DNA of 64,000 nt from NCBI GenBank assembly GCA_964016885.1, contig OZ024742.1:49972001-50036000 (forward strand). Direction: 5' to 3'. The notes under the pieces were generated by a model that saw nothing but the letters and a program-made list of their open reading frames with translations, did not search any database and was not told where the DNA came from. Positions 1 to 14,184 of the stretch are shown piece by piece (within the stretch, counting starts at the first letter, position 1; each line of letters starts with the position of its first letter). Both the position numbers and the translations under genes were made by a program. The DNA comes from Eledone cirrhosa. Taxonomy: Eukaryota.

Positions 1-480
1 GAGTAAATCAGACAAAGTTGGAATTCCTCTTATTAATATAATCTTCTATACACAATCATACACACCCGTGTATATTTACCTATCTATCTATCTATATATA
101 TATATACATACATATATTTGTGTTTGTGATAGCGAGACAATAGTAAGATTGATAGATATATAGAAAGAGCATCCTATATTTTGTAATACCGTCCCTATGT
201 ATTAAACGCTGTCATTGGAACCAGATGTGCTTGAAATGTTTTGTTATGTAACTTTACTAACACTTCCTGACCGAGGAAATATTTGAATGGAAGACGCATT
301 GGCAATAGTCGGTTAAGCCTGAATAGCACAAATACGCATGCAACATATCGTTCATATAAACAGTTACACACAAACACACATACACACACACACACACAGA
401 TACACGTATATAAAAGCCATGTATTTACTCAGAGGAAGAGAATAACAGTTGGTGGTGGGGTAGAGAATGCTGGATTGTGG

Positions 481-483
<3 letters not shown>

Positions 484-546
<63 letters not shown>
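484..546. repeat. (GA)n microsatellite
   Basis: Pure GA run; explains the ERERER ORF at 283-609. Confidence 0.95.
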
Positions 547-549
<3 letters not shown>

Positions 550-1045
550 CTAGTTAAGCTATGTGGCGAAAGTCGAGCAGTGTGTAGGAGTGTAGTGTTA
601 TGTCATTAATTGAATCACTAAGCAATTTACTGTTTCTCCTAATTTTTTAATCACTTGTATTAAATAGTTCATTTCACGTCAACTGTAATATTCATTAAGC
701 CAAAACAAACATTGTCTCGTTTCCTGACATTTCTCACACTTCGCTCTTTTCCTAATCGTTATTGCTGCTACTGTTCTCGTTGTTGTTGTTTTGCTTCAAC
801 TACAGTCTTTTAAGTTTTTGTGAAACTTTACTAAGAAAATGTATGTATGGAACCGCAAGTCCTGTTGGAGAAGTAATGAGGGAGATAGCGATAGAAAAAG
901 GGAGTGAGAGACAGGAAAGATTGACCCCAGCACTGGATCGGGCATTCTTTTATTGACTAAAATGATAAACGGTAAATGCCCACCTACAGATTTCACTTCC
1001 ACCAACATTTCTGGCCTTGTGCCTAAATTAGTAATAATTATATGT

Positions 1046-1248
1046 TGGTGGATTGGCAGTATCGGTGGAGCGTCGGACAACATGTTTCTCTGCATAGAAT
1101 TACGTCCCTTTACGTTCTAAGTTCAAATCCCGCCGAGGTTAGCTTTGCCTTTTATTCTTACGGGGTCGATAAATTAAAGTACAAGTCACACACTGGGGTC
1201 GACTTTTCCCTCCCCAAAACTGCTGACCTTGTGCCTAAATTAGAAACC
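1046..1248 (+). mobile_element. tRNA-derived SINE with Nin-like central domain
   Basis: A-box-like TGGCAGTATCGG, B-box GTTCAAATCC, central GCCTTTyATyCTT..GGGGTCGATAAA, 3' tail CCTTGTGCCTAAATTAGAAA. Preceded by a tail-only piece (1010-1041) and a minus-strand fragment (918-978). Confidence 0.85.
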
Positions 1249-1253
1249 ATTCT

Positions 1254-1441
1254 GGATTAGCAGCATCGGTAGAGGGTCGGACGCCATGCTTTGACGCATA
1301 GAGTTACGGCCCTTGCCATTCTGAGTTCAAATCCCGCCGAGGTTAACTTTGCCTTTCATCCTTATGGGGTCAATAAAATAAAGTCCCAGTAATGTACTGG
1401 GTAATTGCTGGCCTTGTGCCAAAAAGTAGAAACAATTATTT
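1254..1441 (+). mobile_element. Second head-to-tail SINE copy (internally deleted variant)
   Basis: Same boxes and Nin-like domain; nearly identical to 29615-29790 including the same deletion before TTGCTGGCCTTGTGCC. Confidence 0.85.
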
Positions 1442-4196
1442 AGTAAACGAAAAATGATATTAAATATAAACTCTCTAGTGCTTTTAACACCGGGGAAATA
1501 GATTTAGTTGAGATAAAACGTACAGTCTCCTTAGTCTACTATGTAATGTGTCAAGAAACACAGCCTCAGTCAAGGATCATCTAAATGGTCATTCGATTTG
1601 GTCACGCTAGGACAACTATTTACATATCGATTGAATCATAGGCCACATTAAGATAGAAGTATTCAACATATGGGGCTCGGATACTTTTAGATTTTTACGT
1701 ACGGTGTGATATTCTATACATAATTTCTATGGGCAAAACTAATAGTGTGCCATAATAATAAGACGTCGCTGACCTCTACATTAGATAATACAGCTAATGA
1801 GACCTCTAAATTTATGATAATCACATATGGAACTCGTTTAAAATTACTTGATCAGGATTGACCTAAAGAGTAAAAAGAAAGAAAACAAAAAAGAGAAATG
1901 CAAATAATAATTAGGTACAGCTGAAACATGTACGGATATGATTGGGACCTGTCTAATAATTTAGTGAAGAAAATCTTGATAATAATTTATGCGAAGGCGC
2001 GTCATCACTTATTCAACAATTTATGTAGTAAACAAGTGTTGGACATATCTGGATATAAACAAGTCCAGTCAGGTTATAAAACACTCATCACATCTTGACT
2101 ATAATTGCAATAAATAAAGGAAGTAAAAATATATAAAAAGCAGACATTATAAATGGTACACCGCTTAAACAAATAGACAGATATTAACTTGTCATTGACA
2201 GATTCAAAGGAAAATTTAGCCCACAGTCTTTCAATTGCTATATCAGTTGATAATGATTTCATGATTTTTTGAATTTGGCAGATTTTATAACACCAACGAA
2301 TTTATAACACCAACGAATTTATAACACGTCGATTTATTTCTGTTAAATAAATCGGAGTGGTGCTTGTGGCCTTTGCTGACCCATCACGTATATCGAGTTG
2401 AAAGCGATTGAAGTTGAGTCTGGTTTTCTCTCAATTAATGATAGTATGGCAAATATGACTAAAGAGAAAATAAGAAAGGACTTCCCTTCTGTTGAGAAAA
2501 AGGAGGCGTGTCGGGGATGATACGTAAGATAGCAATAAAAAGAATAGTAACGTAATTTGATAAAGTGTATGGTAAAATCTGGAATTGGATAAGTACAGTG
2601 GTGGTCTGTGTCGGCAAACATTTTCTGTGAGAAGTTTATTAATCTAATGCTTCGTATACTTATCCGTTAAGGAGAATAGTATTATCTCCTAGGTCACAAC
2701 AATGCTATTGAAGAAATGAAACAAGTTAAGGGAGGAGGTGAAAGCCGGGTCATATGAGGTAAGGGATAGGGGAGGATGAAGGGAAATGAATGCCAAGTGG
2801 ACATAGATAGAAAATAATTACCAACTGCTTGTGCATCAGAAAAGTTGGAATATTTCACTTTTCATAGAATATATTACCAAATCATATGTAATCTAAATTG
2901 TATTTGGCAGGTACGATACAACGTCGTTTCGTATTGTTTCCTACAAGTCTAGACATTTCTATGTAATCTGTAGTATTAAGTCCTTTCGAAATAAAAGTAG
3001 ACTTCTGGAAGGAGAGACAGGTGCATGGTGTTTCAGTTCTTCTGTACGGCGAATTCCAACCTTTTAACCAACTAAGCATTTGAGAAAACCCCAAAGTCTC
3101 AGATTATAATTCTGCAATACAAGTTATGAATATCTTAGTTCTCCATCTTTATTCTATACTTTCTTTTTTATTATAATAATTCTTCGTAGCGTAATTAGGT
3201 AAGTGGGTTTCTATGACTATCTAAAGAAATGCACGGAAGCAACATTTTGGAAATATTTCATTAGCCACAATATCTTAGGATAAGGATGTGGTACTTGTTT
3301 TCTTGATTTGGGAAAGAAAAATGAATAAGATATAATTTTATGGGGTTTGAACTGAGAACGTATAGAATCGGAAGGAAAACCCTGACATAAATTATGTTAC
3401 ACTAAAATGATTCTGATAATCCGTCACATTTTAATAACATCCAACAAATACAGACATAATATAATTGTCTAAACATCACCAAAACTTTACGTAAGTGCAC
3501 ATAGCACACACCTACACAAATCCTACGTATATTCGCATAACCACGCACACATTGTAATTTTACCTCCACACATACACATGCACTATAATTATTCACACAC
3601 TTTATATTTTCACAAACACATACACTCCCTAATTCTCTAAGTATAAACAAACCCACACTCACCCTCGACAAACTCATTACAAACATGATCTTCCAAAATG
3701 TAATTCTCTAACAGCACTAAAATAATCTAAATACATACAAAAGCACAATATACAACAATTAACATAAACATGCTCCCACACGTTACATTTTTGCACGCAC
3801 ACCTAAATACATGCCACACAGATGCATATGCAGACAAACACACACTAAGACACAACATAAAATCCCACATATTTCCATTGGCATATTATCTCCCCAGATA
3901 TCCGCTCTCTTTTTTCCGTCTCATTTCTTGCCCTTTCCAATATGGCTACCTTCGAAGATAACAGCGTAAAAAGTCTGCTCCCTTATTACTTTTTCTTCTT
4001 TCTTTATTTGTTATTATTTTCTCAGATGAAAAACATTTTATCCGAAACGTATGTTATTTCCTGACTTTTATTACTTTCACAGTGAAATACTAATGTACCA
4101 AATTCCCATGTATGTGTGTATATATATATATAGGGAGAATTTGTTTTATTTACCATGTATATGTCTAATTACATACACATATGTTTACTTATATAC

Positions 4197-4258
<62 letters not shown>

Positions 4259-5357
4259 GTATAAACACACACACAACAATTCGCACATACGTGTATGTAG
4301 ATTTATATATAGACATACGTCCGGGAAAATATTTTTTCTCTATGTCTTGCCTTAAAAATTGACGAGACGCAGATTGTAAGACCAAATAATGAATATTTTA
4401 CTTTCGTGTAATCCTATATATTTACTGCAAATTCTTCGATTGCTCTACACAATTTACAATTACAGCTATTATACTTAACAAATGGTAACCTAATTCCCGA
4501 ATCCACTTAGTCACTTTCTCTCTCCCACTCTCTCTCTCTCATTTTCTCTCTTTTATTTTCTTTTGTAGTATATATAGCCTTCATTGAATATGTTTGTTAT
4601 TCCTCATCGCTCTGTCCTCTCATGCATAGGCTCTTTTTCCTAAGTTAAGCCAATATACATCAGCAGAAATATTCTTAGTTCCTTGATTTATATATTTTAA
4701 TTTTTTGCTACATATTTTCTACTAATATTCACACACACACACATACACACACACATTCCCTCACCCCCGCTCTCTATCACACACACATAAATATATTGAT
4801 ATATATTTGTGTCTGTCTGTGCATATGTATATAGACATGTATATTGTATATATATATATATATATATACATACATATGGATACACATATGTGTTGTGTTT
4901 ATATATATACATATAATATATTTATATATGTATATATACACATATAAATGTATATATGTGTGTGTGCGTGTGTGTGTGTCTTCCTATTTATTCTTAAATA
5001 TATATATGTTCGTATTCTTTGAGTTTCAATTCGTTTAATATTTCTTTTATATGTTTATATATTTTTATCATTCACAATTCTTGTTCTTTTACGAACCTCT
5101 TTCTGTTTCTTTTTTTTAAATTTATATCTGGTAAACTTCTTCCATCCACTCCCTGTGCCTGGTCCTCCAATGGATCGTTTTGTTTCTTTCAATTTCTTTT
5201 CTATTAGAAGAAAAGTAAATAAATAAAAGAAAAGGATAAATAAAAGAACTGAAATGGTGGAATAAAAACAGAACGGGAAATGGACAATATTCCTTAAGTG
5301 GAAAGAGTTTATTAAATATATATCAAACAGCACAACGAATCGACATATCGAACGGCT

Positions 5358-5369
5358 AATATACATACC

Positions 5370-5423
<54 letters not shown>

Positions 5424-5424
5424 G

Positions 5425-5475
<51 letters not shown>

Positions 5476-5476
5476 G

Positions 5477-5518
<42 letters not shown>

Positions 5519-5609
5519 TATGTATGTATACTTACGCCATCTTTGATGACGTAAACATATGTATGTAAACACGTATATATATATATATATATATACATAT
5601 ATGTATATA

Positions 5610-5642
<33 letters not shown>

Positions 5643-5696
5643 ATATATATATACATATATGTATGTATATATATATATGTATATATATATATTTAT

Positions 5697-5736
<40 letters not shown>

Positions 5737-5785
5737 GTATATATATATATATGTATATATATATATGAATATATGTATATGTTTG

Positions 5786-5825
<40 letters not shown>

Positions 5826-5841
5826 TATATGTATATGTTTG

Positions 5842-5873
<32 letters not shown>

Positions 5874-6010
5874 CTTATAACTATGCACATTAAACCACAA
5901 AGACAACATAGGCAAACTTGCACACACATACATACAACTATAGATCGATATAGTTTGATATACTTCAATATATACATAAATACATGCATGTATATATATA
6001 TATATATATA
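5358..6010. repeat. Compound (TA)n/(TATG) microsatellite block
   Basis: About 650 bp of interrupted TA repeat; source of the YIYIYI ORFs. Confidence 0.95.
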
Positions 6011-6694
6011 AAGAAAATCATATGCATAAACACACATGTATATATTTATGTGTGCGTATGCTTTTCTTTGTGTGCTTGTGTATGTAATTATCTGTCAGTA
6101 CATGGACGTTAATATGTGTACATTAGCACAATTGCTCTATGCAATTTTTATGAAGGACCAAGTGTTTCCGTTTGCTTAGAGCAACCGCCTGCTTGTCTGT
6201 CCTGTGTAAGGAATATGTTTCTAAAGCCAGAGAGTATGGGAAGATCCGAGTTCTCCTTGTAATTGTTGTTATCTGATGTTAGGTGTGATGGTGGAGTGGT
6301 CCGGTTACTTGAGATATTTGCATTGATTTTGTTAGTGGTTCTAATATTTTATCGAAGAGTTTGTTGTTCTTTTACTGTTTGAGATATATGGCATTGTTGT
6401 TGCTTCAACTATTGAAGACACTGCTACTGTTGTTGAAGCTGCCGCTGCTATCTCTGCTGATCTTACAGCTGTTGTTACTGATGATTCTTTTTGTAATAAT
6501 TCCTAGCAGCATCGGTACATTAGGTTCGAACCCCAATGTTTGTAAAATAAAATAAGTATAGATATTGGTAATTTTATTCCTCTCAGATTGTCTTCGAGAT
6601 ATTACATCTATCATTTGGGATTTATCCTATGATGCCTAACTAAAATAGCAAAACGCTTTGGATAGGAATTAACAAATATTGCTATTTGGGTAGG

Positions 6695-8092
6695 TGAGGT
6701 CCGTTTTGTATCTGGGTCCATTTTTTTAGGGGTATCCATTTTTTTTATTCGGGCGGTTTTTATTTGAGGGGAGAGTTTTTAATTTAGGGAACCCATTTTC
6801 GTATTTTGGTTTCCGTTTTTTATGGGGGGGGGGGGCTTATTTAGAGGGTCCGTTTTTTATTTGGGGTGGGTTTATTGAGGGGGATCTATTTTTTATGAGG
6901 GGAATTTATTTTTTATTCGGGGGCGTTTTTTACTTGGGGGATCCATTTTCTCATTTTTTTTTTGGGGGGGGGGGCACTTTTTTTATTGAGGGGTCCGTTT
7001 GTTATTTGGGGGATCTATTTTATTATTGAGGGAAGGACCTTATTTTGTTTGTGTGCGAGTGTGGGGGGAATTTTTAATTTGGGGGGATCCATTTTTTATT
7101 GGGGGGGCTCCGTTTTGTTATTTAGGGGGATACCATCTTTTTATTGGCGTGTCCGTTTTTTATGTAGCGGGTCCGTTTTTTTTTATTGTGGGGGTTTATT
7201 GGGGATATCTACTTTTTATCGGGGTGGTCCGTTTTCTATTTGGGGAGGGTGTTTTTTATTAGGAGTAAGCCATTTTTTATTGGGGGCCGTTTGTTATTTG
7301 CCCCACCAATAAAAAGCGCCCACTCCAATTAAAAAAGGCCCGACCCCAAATAAAAACGGACCTCTCCAATAAAAACTGGATCCCCCTATAAAAAATGGAT
7401 CCTTACCAAATAAAAAACGACGTCCAGTAAAAAGTGGATCCCCAAAATAAAAAAAAAACAGACACCCAATAAAAAACGGACCTCCAAAATAAAAACGAAC
7501 ACCCTAATAAAAAATGACAGCCCCCCCCCCCCCAATACAAAACGGAACCCCCAAATAAAATATGGATCCACTCAATAAAAATTGGATCCCTCTAAATAAA
7601 AATTCCCCCCGACCCAAATAAAAAAGGGACCCCGCAATAAAAAATGGAAGCACCCAATAAAAAGTGGAACCCCCAAATAAAAAGCGGTCCACCCAAATAA
7701 ATAAAAACGGACACACAATAAAAAATGAATCCGCCCAAATGGAAAATGGATCCCCCAATGAAAATGGATCCCCCACAAATAAAACAACGGATCCCTCAAA
7801 TAACCCCCCCTCCCCAAAAAATAAATGGACCCCCTGATAAAAAATGGATCCTCAAAATGAAAAACGAAGCCCCCAAATAAAAAATGGATCCCCCGAATAA
7901 AAATCGGAACCCCACCGCAAATTTGGTATTTTTTTCAAGAGGCATATTTCTACAAACCGATGACTCTAATTTTGTTTTGTGGGGATACGGGTCCGTTTTT
8001 TATTTGGTGGGGAGTGTTTTTTATTTGGCTGGATCCATTTTTTTATTTAGCCAGTCATTGGTTTGTAGAAATATGCCTCTTCAAATAATTCC
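6695..8092. repeat. ~20-bp minisatellite in two opposed blocks
   Basis: Units like GGATCCATTTTTTATTGGGG from ~6700-7300, reverse-complement units (AAAAATGGATCCCCCAAAT) 7301-7915, then a short T-rich block 7970-8050 flanked by a 40-bp inverted repeat (7925-7965 / 8053-8092). Confidence 0.85.
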
Positions 8093-9017
8093 AACTTGAA
8101 GGAATCAATGCTTAATAATATCAGCCTTATTGAGATCAGGATCAAGATGTATAATTGCAGTATTTAATCTAAATGGCGGAATAAGTCAAAATCTTTAGAG
8201 ATTTGAACACAACTTTATAATATATAATTTAGATATCTTTATTAAATTTCTGAGTTCAAATCCTTCATGTGTTTGGTTGATGTTGTCTTCATATTAAAAT
8301 CATTAAAATAATATATGTTTCCAGATATTAGGTGCGTTATAAGCAATGTTACCTATGAATGCAGTGATCTGGCATACGGAAAATCATTTGCCTAAAACAA
8401 GTAAGAGAAATCGCAGAACAATGTTATTTGACATCATGAAAATCGAACCTATATGGTTCAGCTTATCAAAAGCCTGACAACCAATGTTACTGAATTGGCA
8501 TTTTAATTATATTCAATCATTAATCTACAAACATTTCTAATTTTCCCTCGGCTATATTGTCACACTCAAATTTAGTGTCATGACAGAAGTCAACTGATAT
8601 AATTTCAGTTACGATCCCAATTTCTAACATTAGATAGAATACTACATCAATAAGCCAAATGCAATGTTGTAATCATAGAAAAATCCAGAAACGAATAAAA
8701 CGTAAAGCAATAAAAGGGGTATGTAACATACGATTCTCTTTATTTTTCTATTCCGCTTTCAGTTGCTGCTTTCGAAATATTATTTGTGGCCATGCTAGTA
8801 TCAAAAGTGTGTGAGCTAGATACTGAAGGTATAATCTCCTGCGTATTCACACACACACACACATAATTACATAAATACATATACATATGCACATACACAT
8901 ATAGTTACCTATATACATATCCATATGCACATACACACATATATGTATATATGTGTGTGTATAGATGTGACTTGAACACACAAATATACACACACACACA
9001 CATATATATATACATAC

Positions 9018-9049
<32 letters not shown>

Positions 9050-9390
9050 ATGTTGGTGTATGTGAATATGTTTGTGATGTGTGAATCCTCGTGATTTAGC
9101 ACGGATATTTGATATATTGTGGCAAGCAGTGTGATAAGAAAACAAAATGAAACACGAATATATGAAATAACCGAAATAATACCAAGAACCATGTCCACAA
9201 AATGTATAAAACAACTACAGCAATACATAAGAATATAGAAGTATCACTCGCCTAAGTATAAGCAGTTATCTTTATGTACGAGAAGAATAAAAGACAAATA
9301 AAATAAAATATATAGAATATATATCTATTTATATATATATATATGTATATAAGTATATATATATGTACGTATGTATTAATGTATGTAAAT

Positions 9391-10030
9391 ATATAATTAT
9401 AATTGAATATAAAAGAAAAACGAATACAGATATATACATATATGAGTTCAAATCGTAAGGGACCAGATTCGCTAAGGTGAAAAGAATACTAACTATAGAC
9501 AATTGGGTTTGCTTGTCTCAATTTAAGAAAATAACAAGAAAATAAATACAAACTGGAATTGTGGTAATTACCGATCACCTACAGTGGGTGATAAATTAGT
9601 ATCCTAGACACTTCTAAGTATATTAAGAAACTGAACAGTGTGCCATATATAATAATAATAGCGCACATGGCGTCCTAGCGTGTCTCACAAACCCACACGA
9701 CTAAAAATAGCAGCCAGGTTTATTAGACATTTGAAATAGTTCAACAAATTAACGGAGCCGAATATATCAAAGGTATATATTGAGTTTGTATTTATTTTCT
9801 TGATTTTTTCTTAAATTGGGACAAGCAAACCCAATTGACTATAGTTAGTATTCATTTCACCATAGCGAATCTGGTCCCTTACGATTTGAACTCATATATG
9901 TATATATCTGTGTTCGTTTTTCTTTTATATTCAATTATAATATACGGCTCGGAAATATCTCTTTCTGAGAGCTATTTTGTTGTAAGAGACTATTTTGAGT
10001 TCCTAACTCAATATATACCTTTGATATGTA
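9391..10030. mobile_element. Non-coding fold-back element in (TA)n with asymmetric tail
   Basis: Arms 9391-9554 and 9783-9943 are near-perfect reverse complements; only the right arm continues, into the bulged hairpin GCTC-GGAAA-TATCTC-TTTCT-GA-GAGC (9947-9972). Confidence 0.7.
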
Positions 10031-10207
10031 AATATATATGTACATTTATGTATATATGTATATATATATATATATCTATCTATATATATATATATGCATA
10101 TATAATATATACATATATATTTATATGCGTATAATATACCTATACACACACAGACATACACACAGATAAAGACCCTCCCTTTCACACAAACACAGACACA
10201 TAAATAC

Positions 10208-10239
<32 letters not shown>

Positions 10240-10676
10240 GTTATTCATTACAAACAAAAGAAAGCTACAATTTTAATTCCGCGAAATAGCCGGGGTTCGT
10301 CATCCGTTGCAAGACTTAGGCGATTACATTAGAAGTTGATTGCAGATTATGGCGAACACCAGCAGAGAATAGAAAATAGAGGACAGATTTGATTTGCCGT
10401 ATACCTGTCATTACATATAACTAATTCAGCTTTCAACTCCTGATGAAATCGCCTAAGTCTTGCATCACGAGGAGATGATGAAACTGGGTCATTGAATTGT
10501 GTATAGTGTTTTTACGAAATTAAAATTTTGAAGAAAGTTTCCAGTCCGACCTTGGGATATTACATCTAGGAAGGATGATTTGTATAACTTCGAGTGCTTT
10601 AATTCATTGCATCGTTGTTTACTAAGCGGAATCACCACTCCTACCCACTGGTAAACAACGTAACATAACCGGAATA
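10240..10676. mobile_element. PLE terminal-repeat fold-back relic with hammerhead
   Basis: 10270-10350 is a diverged inverted copy of 10425-10500; bounded by (TA)n on both sides; contains an HHR and a bulged hairpin at 10539-10557. Confidence 0.6.
10432..10498 (+). ncRNA. Type I hammerhead ribozyme (decayed)
   Basis: CTGATGA (10440-10446), stem II ATCGCCT/AGGAGAT, GAAAC-TGG-GTC, then ATTGAA pairing partly with upstream TTCAAC. Confidence 0.6.
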
Positions 10677-11417
10677 TATATATATATATAGTAAGTATAA
10701 TCACTTGCCTGTAGCTACACACACATACACACACATGTCCGCGCGCACACACATAAATATATATATATATATATATGTGCTTATGTGTGTATCTGAATAT
10801 ATATATATAATATATAAAATCTTCTGATAACAGAGATTTCTGTGGATGTTTTCGCTTATTTCCTTTTTCTTTTGATCCCAGGAAGCTAAACGTGGCGTGT
10901 ATTTAGATAATACAAGTAAAGACAGGATATGCTTTCTCAGTCTGACTGGCTGATTGTTAAAACAAATAAATAACTAGGGAAATAAATTTTAGAAAAAATG
11001 TATATATATATAAGATATAAAACGAAAAAATAATCAAAATCATGCACAAATCAGCATTATTAGAGATAAATGCAAGAACAATACCAACAACAACAAAAAT
11101 AAGAGTATCGAGAAGAGTATAAAAAAGTAAAAATTAAAACAATATATAACATAAAGTAAAAAAAAATATATCGAAGTGAGAAAAATGTGAATCAAAGTTT
11201 TTTTTTTATCCCCATCTAACAGTAAGTTAGAAAACGAAGAAATCTTTCTAGCAACGTGATTTCCCTGAAGAAACCCTGATTTCCCTAAACGTAAAGAACT
11301 GACAACCCTGATTCAATCAGCTACCACGTCTGTTCAGAAGTTGAAAAAATTTGCAAGCTATTGTCACTTCCGAGAAGTTTGTGTATATAATTTTCTCTTT
11401 CTAAACACACACACATG

Positions 11418-11468
<51 letters not shown>

Positions 11469-11469
<1 letters not shown>

Positions 11470-11631
11470 ACGAAGCAGTTGTGGTAAGGAATAGGATGGA
11501 CCATAACGCACCACACTACTCAATACTTAGGGTTGTAGAGTGGGTAATAGGAAAATGTATGACCCCGACGGCAGAGCTCAAGCCGTTTCGACGGCTATTT
11601 CTGGACAGAAATAGCCATCAAGGTCATACAT

Positions 11632-11640
<9 letters not shown>
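11469..11640 (-). mobile_element. Short PLE terminal fold-back relic (same family as 46988-47123)
   Basis: Minus strand reads stem II 3' half-GAAAC-GGC..GCC-GTC-GGGGTCATAC, then tail with ACTC-TAC..GTA-TT-GAGT; a deleted plus-strand arm follows; flanked by (TA)n. Confidence 0.65.
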
Positions 11641-11677
<37 letters not shown>

Positions 11678-12050
11678 GATATATATATATATTTATTAAA
11701 ATGACAGATTAAAGTTTAAGCAAAAAATCGCTGCTTTCACCCTTAACGGGATGTTCTGAAACTAAAATAATCAATATGTGAACGCAGAAGTAAATATTTC
11801 GAAAAACGTTGCAACCGAAGGAAGTCAGGAAGACGATACTTTGGTTCGTGGAGACGTTTCCTGGCAATGAACGGAAAAACGAAGATAATACGTCATGATG
11901 TGGAGCGGTGAGAACAATTACACGCAAAGACAAAACCACGTAAATTATATAGCAGAAGTCGTAGAGTAAAATTCTATTTAGGAAACCGAATGATTCTCGG
12001 CTTCAGAGTTAAGAATAATGTAAATAAATTACAGAGGTTATTGAAATAAA

Positions 12051-12480
12051 CAATAATTAACTATATACATGCACGCATCCATATACGTACATACACATGC
12101 ATACGCGAAAACACGCGCCATAGGTATGCAAATACAGGCACGTACACAAAAAACACGCGCACACATACAAAAACCCAGGCAATGCCTGTACCCGCACATT
12201 AAATATATACATGCATGCGTCCATATACGTACATACACATGCATATGCCAAAACACCTGCCATGGGTATGCAAATACAGGCACGTACACAAAAACACGCG
12301 CACACATAAAAACCCACGCAACGCCAGTACCCGCACAACAATAATTAAATATATACATGCACGCATCCATATACATACACATGCATACGCCAAAACACCC
12401 GCCATGAGTTTGCAAATACAGACACGTACACAAAAACACGCGCACACATACAAAAACCCATGCAACGCTGCCAGTGACCA
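12051..12480 (+). repeat. Three tandem ~140-bp repeats
   Basis: Unit ATATACATGCACGCATCCATATACGTAC...CAAATACAGGCACGTACACAAAAACACGCGCACACAT recurs at ~12051, ~12198 and ~12340. Confidence 0.9.
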
Positions 12481-12559
12481 GGTATATTTTAATCGATTTT
12501 CGCAACTATTTTTCTGTGGATCGATTATTGTCATAATCATTTGAGTTGCGACGGACTTC

Positions 12560-13190
12560 TCTTCTACCACTGACATTTGCGAGGGAGGTTCGTGGGGGAA
12601 GAGTCTGAAAGCACTCGTTCCATTGGGTCCTGTCAGAAACAACACACACCAGTGTATCCGGCTGGATCCCCAACCGAAACCAGCCGACCTCGTGGATATT
12701 ATCCAACCATTTTAATCGGCTTGTACCCATGAGTCTCCTGTCGATTGGTTTTACCCGTAAAACTTGTCCAGCGATTCTTTCGATAGACATTCTTACCACA
12801 TGTCCGTTGTATAAGAGCTGTGATCTCTGAATTCGGAAATGTAGCGGCTTTAACGGGGACGACTCTTTGATATCCGATCTACAAATTTCATCGAGTAACG
12901 TTATTCAAAAGTCCCTTCGAAGGACACCATTCCGGCTGCTTGTTTTCATGATCGTATTCTCTTAGTCATTAGATAAGATTCGTGACCATAAAAAAGAGCT
13001 GGTATGACTAACGAATTGAAAATAGCAAGTTTGGATTTTTCATGCACCTCGCTCTTTCTGATGGCAGATTGCTGAAGCTGGTTCATACAGTACCAGAGCA
13101 TACAGTACCAGAGTGCATTCCATCACTCGTAATCACGGTCCTGAGATATTTGATCTTCTCTAGCTCCTTCAGCGGAATTCCACTCACATC
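12560..13190 (-). mobile_element. RTE-clade LINE 3' fragment
   Basis: Minus-strand peptides LEKIKYLRTVITSDG and GHVVRMSIERIAGQVL..P..RR..G; homologous to 53520-54170 and 47720-48010. Confidence 0.8.
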
Positions 13191-13645
13191 TAAAATATAT
13201 ATATATGATAAATTATATCTGGTTATATACAGAATTGAAACAACAGAACATGCGTAGAGACATAAGTAAGTGTATACATTGTTTTGGTATACAGAAAAGT
13301 AATCATGCCAATTATACACATTTCACTGAAAATGGAAACAGAATGATAAACTCCTTCCCACAGTCTGGTTTACTTCTAGTCTCTATATAAACACATATAA
13401 CTTTATTTTATATATTTCCGCTGCTTAACGCACACCTTAAAATATATATGTATTAATTACCATGAGCGCTAATAAGATGCATATTAGTACGTCTAACACA
13501 GGATATTATTAAAGTGATAGGATCTATAAACACTTCAATTACATATGTCCTGTGGTTGTTTAAAGGATATATATATAATCTGGTACCAACGCCAGTATTT
13601 CACAGTACTACCCCCCCCCCCCCCCCACTATGTATATATATATAT

Positions 13646-14184
<539 letters not shown>

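Noticed and set aside
2050-3120. Possible decayed retroelement coding sequence
   Set aside because: Only faint similarity; no motif I can support.
4051-6037. Many ORFs of YIYIYI, VCVCVC, THTHTH or ERERER type here and throughout the window
   Set aside because: Translations of dinucleotide microsatellites, which lack stop codons.
6520-6536. tRNA B-box GGTTCGAACCC
   Set aside because: No A-box or cloverleaf around it.
6962-7817. Gly/Phe-rich ORFs
   Set aside because: Products of the 20-bp minisatellite.
9471-9482. 12-mer GCTAAGGTGAAA shared with the 30.3-kb hammerhead
   Set aside because: Not conserved in the partner arm and on the antisense side; likely chance.
11556-11632. Complete hammerhead with a precisely deleted core
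   Set aside because: Better explained as a fold-back whose direct arm lost the segment between two GCCGTC repeats.
12051-12480. CRISPR-like array
   Set aside because: Contiguous tandem units with no unique spacers, no cas genes, eukaryotic context.
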